Below are positions 25,997-32,000 of a DNA stretch of 32,000 bases, piece by piece. The notes beneath the pieces were generated by a model. The model was not told where the DNA came from, did not search any database, and was given only the letters and a program-made list of their open reading frames with translations. Source of the stretch: Haloplanus pelagicus (GTDB taxonomy: Archaea; Halobacteriota; Halobacteria; Halobacteriales; Haloferacaceae); NCBI RefSeq assembly GCF_023703795.1, contig NZ_CP098519.1:92229-124228 (forward strand). The letters are read 5' to 3'. Each line of letters begins with the position of its first letter. The first letter of the stretch is position 1. The translations under genes and the position numbers were made by a program.

Positions 25997-26568
25997 AATA
26001 AATAAAAGGAAATCATCCCTATATTCGAAGGACTAGTCAACCAAACCGCCTCCGCCCAGACGACCAAGCGCAACTCTTCGAGGTCTAAGTCCTCTTCTGA
26101 TTCATCAATAAGTTCGAAGGCCCACAAGACCACAGTTTGTCTTCCAAGCAATATAGAGGGGTTGGCAGAAAGTCGCACGGATGGACGGGAAAACTACGTC
26201 GCTGAGGATCGTCCTGACAGTCACCGTCAGCGTGTTTTTGAGTCTCAGAGTATTCGAGGTAAAACATCCGAATCACGTAGACCACTTCGCTCATAGACAA
26301 GTCTTGAGGGGGTGATCTCTTGAGCTTAAGCATTGCGAGAATCTAGCCCTTTTCGAATTATTCGCAAACCTCCGCTATTTATGTACACCTCGAGTGGGCC
26401 AGAACTCGGTCGTATTGGCCCAATCTACGATTCTCAAAGGGCCCAGATTATTAGCAATCACTACTAGTTCGAGGAGCAATCTCGATATGAGAATCCGAGG
26501 GCATCGCAGATACGCAGAGTGAATAGTATCTAACAAAGATTTAACCGATACCGCGGACTCCACGTGAT

Positions 26569-29154
26569 GTGCCATTTCCCCGCGCTAAATCATCCCGTCA
26601 ACTCTACGACGAAGTCAAATCGTATGACCGAGTGATTACCCCAGACGGACCGCTCGCGAGTGCCCTCAACCGCCAGCTTGATCGGTCACACCTCGGTCCG
26701 TTTGCTATACCCCCACGTCGCCTTGCGGTCGGTCGCCGGCAAGAATCTGAGGACCGCCTCGCGTTTCTCGGCATGATCGCAAATGAAGATATTTCGTGGA
26801 AACGGTGCGCCTACGCAGTCGGGAATATCCTCCAGTGTTGGGAACACCAAGGATCCCACGAGGCTATCTTCGAGTACGACGCATACATCGACGAGGCTAC
26901 CGAACGAGCTGTTGAGCGAATCGGTGACCTTGAGACGGCCTCGATGAAGCTCACAACCGACACTATCGATTCAGATCTCGATGTGGTCGTTGTCGAGCCG
27001 GAGATGCTTACAAAACTCGAACGAGCGTATCTGCCTACTGAGTACGATACGGTCAGTCTCTTTGCCGACACAGAGTTTGAGCTGCCCCCGTTTCGGATCC
27101 ATGATTCACCGACAGCGATCATCGAAACGGTGGTGAATGCGGTCACCGAAACAAACGCCGAAAACGTCGGGATCGTCCTCGATCAGGAAAGTGAGTACTC
27201 GCCGCTTATTGAGTCCGCACTCGAGGCAGCCGACATCCCGTTTTTCGGCGGACCGGGCTTTACTGATCGCAGCGAACACCGCTTGTTTCTTCATTTCCTC
27301 CGGACTGCCCACCGTGGAACTGACACTCGGATCAGCGAGATTCGGTCGCTGCTGACAGCTTTTGACTGTGATGTGGCCGACCGTGAGGCAGACAAGCGGC
27401 TCCACGAACTCGATGATGAACAATTGTCGTGGCTGATCGACTTCTGTCACGAGATCCAGGAGTACACGTTTTCGGACGCGCTCTCGGTGTTCGAACACCG
27501 CACCGACGACGTGCTTGATGCCTTTCGAACGGAGCTTGATGAGCTTGGTATCGCCGACGAGACTGTCACGGAAGCGCGCCTCGACGAACTGTCGTTCTAT
27601 CTACAGACGTATGAGGTCCCTGTTGACCGGGATAACGAAGGCGTCCTGCTCGCCGACGCAAAGTCAGCATCATACGTCGGTCGTGAGGTTGTCTTCTATC
27701 TTGGCCTCGATGACCGGTGGACGCATTCGGCACCGCGTCGTCCGTGGGTTGATCAGGATGCTCAGTTCACGCGGAATCTCAAGAGCTTCCAGTTGCTGTT
27801 ACAGAGTGGGAGTCAACAACACTATCTCGTTCAGGATGCGACCGGCGGATCACCCGTCACCCCATGTCTGTACTTCGAAGAGCTCCTCGAGCAAGAGTAT
27901 GATCGCTTCTCAGAGCTGCCGTCTACCACCCATCAACTCCGATCTGAATCACACGATGGGGCTGTATTCAACACAGAGGCAGTTGACGTGTCTTCTGAAC
28001 CAGTAGAGACGATTAGTAAGTCGAGTCTCAACACCTACGTGAACTCACCCCGAGACTACTACTTCAGCCGGATCGTCGACGGCCCAGAGAAAGACTATCT
28101 CACTGAGGGTACCCTACTCCATGACTTTGCGGAGTTCTACGTTACCCATCCAGCGGTCGTCGACGACGCGGCGCTGACAGACGTCGTTGATCTCATGCTT
28201 GATGAAGTCCGTCCCCTGATCCGCTCTGTTGATGAACAGACTCGCCGGACGGAGTACCGTCTAAGCCTCGAAACAATCGTCTCGTACCTTGATGACAACC
28301 CTCCGACAGACGGAGCGTTCCTTACGCCCTCCAGCAGTACTGAGAACGCTATTGCCGACTACTTCGGGTATGATATCGAGTCGTCGGTAACTGAACGCCG
28401 GTTTGTTGATGAGGATCGTGGTATCAACGGAATGATCGACCTTGTCCAGTCGCAAACCGAGCTGCTGGATTACAAAAGCGGGAGCGAGAACGACGCCAAT
28501 TCGATCGTCCAAGACGCCGCGATCGACGAACTCTCCAACGAACCTGACTTTCAGGCGTTGCTATATCTCACTTACTGGAGCTCACAAACGCCCGCTCAAC
28601 AGCTTTCGTTCACGTTCTTCTACGTTACTGAACTCGTCGACGACGCCATCGCCGGTGACGTCGATATCGACGACGTGCTGACGACGGTGACGTATTACCC
28701 CGGATCTCTCACAGATCACGTCCGAACAGAGGAGTTCTTCGAGTACCTTTGTGAGGAGGGGGCTAACGACTGCCAGAAGACCCTCTCGAAGATCGATTAT
28801 CAGACGTACGCTGCTCTCTTCGATGCCGCACCACTCGTCGAGACAACTGACAGCGACGAACTCATCGAGTCAGAGTTTGGCCGGACGATGATCGAACGAC
28901 TTGAGGCGGAGATTAGTGACTTCGTCTATGTAACGACGGGAAGCAAACAGGTCATGCGGGAAATCGCCCGGAAACAGAAGGGTGCGTTTTTTGAACCTGA
29001 CCTAGATGCGTTTGAGTCGTTTGTTGAAGAGCGGCTAACAGAGCTCAACCGACGTCGCACCGGCGACGAACCGTTTCCCATCGAGGGACTTGCCGGCGAG
29101 CCGAATTACCGGCGGGTAGACAATCGGGATTTGCTCTTGGAGGGTGAACAATGA
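26569..29154 (+). CDS. AddB/RexB-like PD-(D/E)XK nuclease family protein
   Basis: 861 aa. SKSSLNTYVNSPRDYYFSRIVDGPEKDYLTEGTLLHDFAEFYV and RGINGMIDLVQSQTELLDYKSGSEND (GxxDxxx...DYKSG). Overlaps the downstream UvrD-like helicase by ATGA. Confidence 0.78.
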   Translation: MPFPRAKSSRQLYDEVKSYDRVITPDGPLASALNRQLDRSHLGPFAIPPRRLAVGRRQESEDRLAFLGMIANEDISWKRCAYAVGNILQCWEHQGSHEAIFEYDAYIDEATERAVERIGDLETASMKLTTDTIDSDLDVVVVEPEMLTKLERAYLPTEYDTVSLFADTEFELPPFRIHDSPTAIIETVVNAVTETNAENVGIVLDQESEYSPLIESALEAADIPFFGGPGFTDRSEHRLFLHFLRTAHRGTDTRISEIRSLLTAFDCDVADREADKRLHELDDEQLSWLIDFCHEIQEYTFSDALSVFEHRTDDVLDAFRTELDELGIADETVTEARLDELSFYLQTYEVPVDRDNEGVLLADAKSASYVGREVVFYLGLDDRWTHSAPRRPWVDQDAQFTRNLKSFQLLLQSGSQQHYLVQDATGGSPVTPCLYFEELLEQEYDRFSELPSTTHQLRSESHDGAVFNTEAVDVSSEPVETISKSSLNTYVNSPRDYYFSRIVDGPEKDYLTEGTLLHDFAEFYVTHPAVVDDAALTDVVDLMLDEVRPLIRSVDEQTRRTEYRLSLETIVSYLDDNPPTDGAFLTPSSSTENAIADYFGYDIESSVTERRFVDEDRGINGMIDLVQSQTELLDYKSGSENDANSIVQDAAIDELSNEPDFQALLYLTYWSSQTPAQQLSFTFFYVTELVDDAIAGDVDIDDVLTTVTYYPGSLTDHVRTEEFFEYLCEEGANDCQKTLSKIDYQTYAALFDAAPLVETTDSDELIESEFGRTMIERLEAEISDFVYVTTGSKQVMREIARKQKGAFFEPDLDAFESFVEERLTELNRRRTGDEPFPIEGLAGEPNYRRVDNRDLLLEGEQ

Positions 29155-32000
29155 GCAACCTCGAACCGAATCCGGCACAGCGCGAACTCATCAACGCAAT
29201 CGAGGGGCTGTACCTCGTCGATGCGGGCGCTGGCACTGGGAAGACCTTCACCGTCACCCGCCGATACGCGCATATCGTCGAACAGGATGGGGTAGCTCCG
29301 TCCGACGTCCTGTTGGTCACGTTCACGAACAACGCTGCCGAGGAGATGCGCGACCGGATTGTGCAGAACAGCGAGTACGGTATGCGGGAGCTCTCGAACG
29401 CCCCAATTCAGACGTTCCACTCGTTAGCACACGATATCCTTGACGAACACGGCCATGATGCTCCGACATATCTCGGCGTGGAGGAGACGATCACCGGATC
29501 GACGCGGATCATCGAAGACGACATCATCGAAGAGGCGCTGTTTCGAGAGTTCATCGGCCAGTTCATCGACTCGCACCCTGAGTACAACGAGTTCTTCACA
29601 GCGATTTCGGAGACGACAGAGCTGCTCGATCTCATCAAAGAGCTGTCTGCGAAGGGTGTCTTTCCCACCGCAAACGGCTGGTACCGCGACGGTGAGTCAC
29701 ACCTCGACGGTGACGTTGCGGCGTTCGAGACGTTGTTCGCCGATATAAACGAACCTCGAAACGGTGGCAGCAAGCAGTCTAAGCTCCGCAAGAAGCTCAA
29801 CGACTACGGGGATGAGAAAACCTACCTCCCAGACGCCCCTGAAAAGTGGGAGCTTCGGGGGGACGGCAAGCAGATCCCAGCGGATGTCGCAGAACGCGTC
29901 TTTGAGGACGATCGAACGGCACTCAAGCAGTTCGTCCATGACGTGTATCACGCCTATCTTGAGTTTGCGCTTCGACGGAATTACCTGAACTTCGGGTTCC
30001 TTCAGCTGTTCGCGTTCGTCCTGCTGTGTGAAGACCACGACCTCCGAGAACGGCTAGGATACGAGTACGTGATGGTCGATGAGTTTCAGGACTCGAGTGA
30101 AATCCAGTTCAAGCTGATGCTTCTTCTAGCCGGCACAGATAACATCTGTGTGGTCGGTGACTGGAAACAGAGTATCTACAGCTTCCAATACGCCGATGTC
30201 GACAACATCCGTGAGTTCGATGATCGACTCCACCGATTTGTCGATGAACTCAACCGAGACGCAGAGCGAATCGCGTTCTCGCCGACGAAGGCTGCCGGCA
30301 AACGGTTGACGCGAAACTATCGGTCGACACAGTCTATCTTGGAGTTCTCCACACATGCGCTGACGGCGCGCGCGACGAAAAGCGAGTCGCTAGATACTGA
30401 AGCAATTTCTGAGACAGTCACACCGTTGGAGGCTGATACGGACCGTGATGATAGTCGTATCGAGGCGCTCACGAGCGAAGACGAACACGAGGCGATCCTC
30501 GCGAAAATCGACGACATCGTCGATAATGACGACTACGCCGTTGAGGGTGACGACGGCGAGTACCACGCGCCAAAATACGGCGATATCGCCGTATTGACCC
30601 GAACTCGCGATTTCGGTCGGGACCTACTCGACACGGCGAACGCGTACGACCTCCCGATGGCGTATGAAGGTGGCATTGAGGTGTTCCGAACGGACGCCGC
30701 AAAGCTACTGTTAGCGTGGCTTCGGATCCTCGAACGTGACGCCGATCGCGGCTGGGCGCTCGTCTTAGAGGAGGCTGGGTACACGATCGACGAGGTGAAG
30801 GCGATCATCGATCGCGACGCGTACCCTGACGCGATGATTACCTTCCGCGAAGACCTCCAAGAGATGGAGACATTCGGCGGTGTCGCCCGTCGCGTGTTCG
30901 ATCGATACGACCGGAGCGGCCCAACTGCGGACGTCGTTCTCGACACTATTCAGTCAGTCTATGGGACGACAACGTTCACCCGTGGAGAATTGATTCAGTT
31001 CATCGAAGCAGCGATCGAAGATGGCAGTACCCACGAGGTAGACGCTGGTGCGGGGACAAATGCGGTGACTGTTCAGACAATCCATGCGACGAAAGGACTC
31101 GAATACCCGATCGTCATCCTCGCGAATATGAACACGAACAAGTTCCCATCGACGGGCGGTAGTGGGAGCGATATTGCGTACACCGATCCGATCGGACTCC
31201 GACAGCGAAAGGTGTACTCTGAAGAGGCTCACGATGTTCCACACGTCTACGACAACTGGCAGACAGACGTTCTCAACAAGTGTCTCCCTCCGAACTATGA
31301 TGAGGAACGCCGACTCCTCTACGTCGCTATTACGCGCGCTGAGAGCCACGTCATTTTGACCGGCGGTGAGGATCCGAATGTGTTCCTCGATGACCTTCCA
31401 GTTGACATCGAACCAGTTGATCCAGATCTGTCGACCTTCGACCCGATAGAGGACGAGCATTCACCGTTTACGGTTGATATTCCGGATCCAGATGGGCCGG
31501 CACGCTACTCTCCTCATACGTTCATTGACGACGCGGTATTCGAAGGGAACACCGGTGGTCGTGGAATGGAGTTTGGGTCGGAAGTCCACGAATTCGCGGA
31601 ACAGTATGTTCTCGATAAGGCTGTCGACACCGAGGGCAACCCTGACAAAGAGAATGTGAAGGAATTCTTGGATTCACTTGATGGCGAGAGGAAAGCTGAG
31701 ATCGACGCGTTTCTTCCGCTGACCGTCGATGACAAGGAGGTGACGATCGGTGGGATCATCGATTTACTCCATATTACGTCTGACCAGATCGATATCATCG
31801 ACTACAAAACTGACCTCACGACCCACGCCGAAGACGAGTACGAGAAACAGCTCAGTATTTACTACCACGTCGTTGCCGACCAATATCCAGATCGAGAAGT
31901 CACTGCCTCAATCTTCTACACCAATGATGGTAACCAGCGCAGGATCACCCATCTCAGCAAATCCGAACTCAAAGACCTGATCCGAACTCACCGTACCTGA
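29151..32000 (+). CDS. UvrD/REP superfamily 1 helicase with C-terminal PD-(D/E)XK nuclease (AddA-like)
   Basis: NPAQRELINAIEGLYLVDAGAGTGKTFTVTRRYAHIV, YVMVDEFQDSSEIQFKLM, VVGDWKQSIYSFQYAD, TRNYRSTQSIL, VTVQTIHATKGLEYPIV, RRLLYVAITRAESHVILTG; C-terminal IGGIIDLLHITSDQIDIIDYKTD. Stop codon at 31998-32000. Confidence 0.92.
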   Translation: MSNLEPNPAQRELINAIEGLYLVDAGAGTGKTFTVTRRYAHIVEQDGVAPSDVLLVTFTNNAAEEMRDRIVQNSEYGMRELSNAPIQTFHSLAHDILDEHGHDAPTYLGVEETITGSTRIIEDDIIEEALFREFIGQFIDSHPEYNEFFTAISETTELLDLIKELSAKGVFPTANGWYRDGESHLDGDVAAFETLFADINEPRNGGSKQSKLRKKLNDYGDEKTYLPDAPEKWELRGDGKQIPADVAERVFEDDRTALKQFVHDVYHAYLEFALRRNYLNFGFLQLFAFVLLCEDHDLRERLGYEYVMVDEFQDSSEIQFKLMLLLAGTDNICVVGDWKQSIYSFQYADVDNIREFDDRLHRFVDELNRDAERIAFSPTKAAGKRLTRNYRSTQSILEFSTHALTARATKSESLDTEAISETVTPLEADTDRDDSRIEALTSEDEHEAILAKIDDIVDNDDYAVEGDDGEYHAPKYGDIAVLTRTRDFGRDLLDTANAYDLPMAYEGGIEVFRTDAAKLLLAWLRILERDADRGWALVLEEAGYTIDEVKAIIDRDAYPDAMITFREDLQEMETFGGVARRVFDRYDRSGPTADVVLDTIQSVYGTTTFTRGELIQFIEAAIEDGSTHEVDAGAGTNAVTVQTIHATKGLEYPIVILANMNTNKFPSTGGSGSDIAYTDPIGLRQRKVYSEEAHDVPHVYDNWQTDVLNKCLPPNYDEERRLLYVAITRAESHVILTGGEDPNVFLDDLPVDIEPVDPDLSTFDPIEDEHSPFTVDIPDPDGPARYSPHTFIDDAVFEGNTGGRGMEFGSEVHEFAEQYVLDKAVDTEGNPDKENVKEFLDSLDGERKAEIDAFLPLTVDDKEVTIGGIIDLLHITSDQIDIIDYKTDLTTHAEDEYEKQLSIYYHVVADQYPDREVTASIFYTNDGNQRRITHLSKSELKDLIRTHRT

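Noticed and set aside
26026-26560. Possible decayed transposase or small genes on the minus strand (e.g. ...ILLGRQTVVLWAFELIDESEEDLDLEELRLVVWAEAVW; MAHHVESAVSVKSLL...)
   Set aside because: Some acidic coding-like character but I recognise no transposase family, and the frames are broken; cannot be supported without a search.

Overview
This looks like haloarchaeal chromosome or megaplasmid sequence (acidic proteins, high GC, TATA-type leaderless starts). All family calls are from motif recognition by eye; no searches were run. The left part (1-15.2 kb) holds ordinary and accessory genes: an Orc1/Cdc6 initiator, an Mrr-like nuclease, a second PD-(D/E)XK-like protein, an alpha/beta hydrolase, an SDR-like protein, a metalloprotease, a CBS plus HEPN-like protein, an ADP-ribosylglycohydrolase, and a queC-queE-queD operon for preQ0 synthesis. 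The main result is a lower-GC island from about 15.2 to 26.0 kb, divergent from queDEC. It encodes a short PUA-less TGT-fold protein with both catalytic aspartates (DpdA-like, DNA 7-deazaguanine transglycosylase), a DUF4007-like winged-helix protein, a minimal P-loop ATPase, a 1363-aa BrxC/PglY-like ATPase, a compact PglZ-domain protein, a HerA-like ATPase, a GNAT acyltransferase and a QueF-like T-fold enzyme. No PglX or Dnd genes are visible. I interpret this as a candidate hybrid defence system in which a 7-deazaguanine DNA modification module takes the place of the methyltransferase or phosphorothioation module of BREX/Pbe-type systems. QueF and possibly GNAT would tailor the inserted base. 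An AddB/AddA-like nuclease-helicase pair follows (26.6-32 kb). Smaller observations include a truncated xseB remnant, a truncated DMT transporter, a perfect 10-bp inverted repeat at 4278-4310, and a tandem 11-nt repeat upstream of dpdA.
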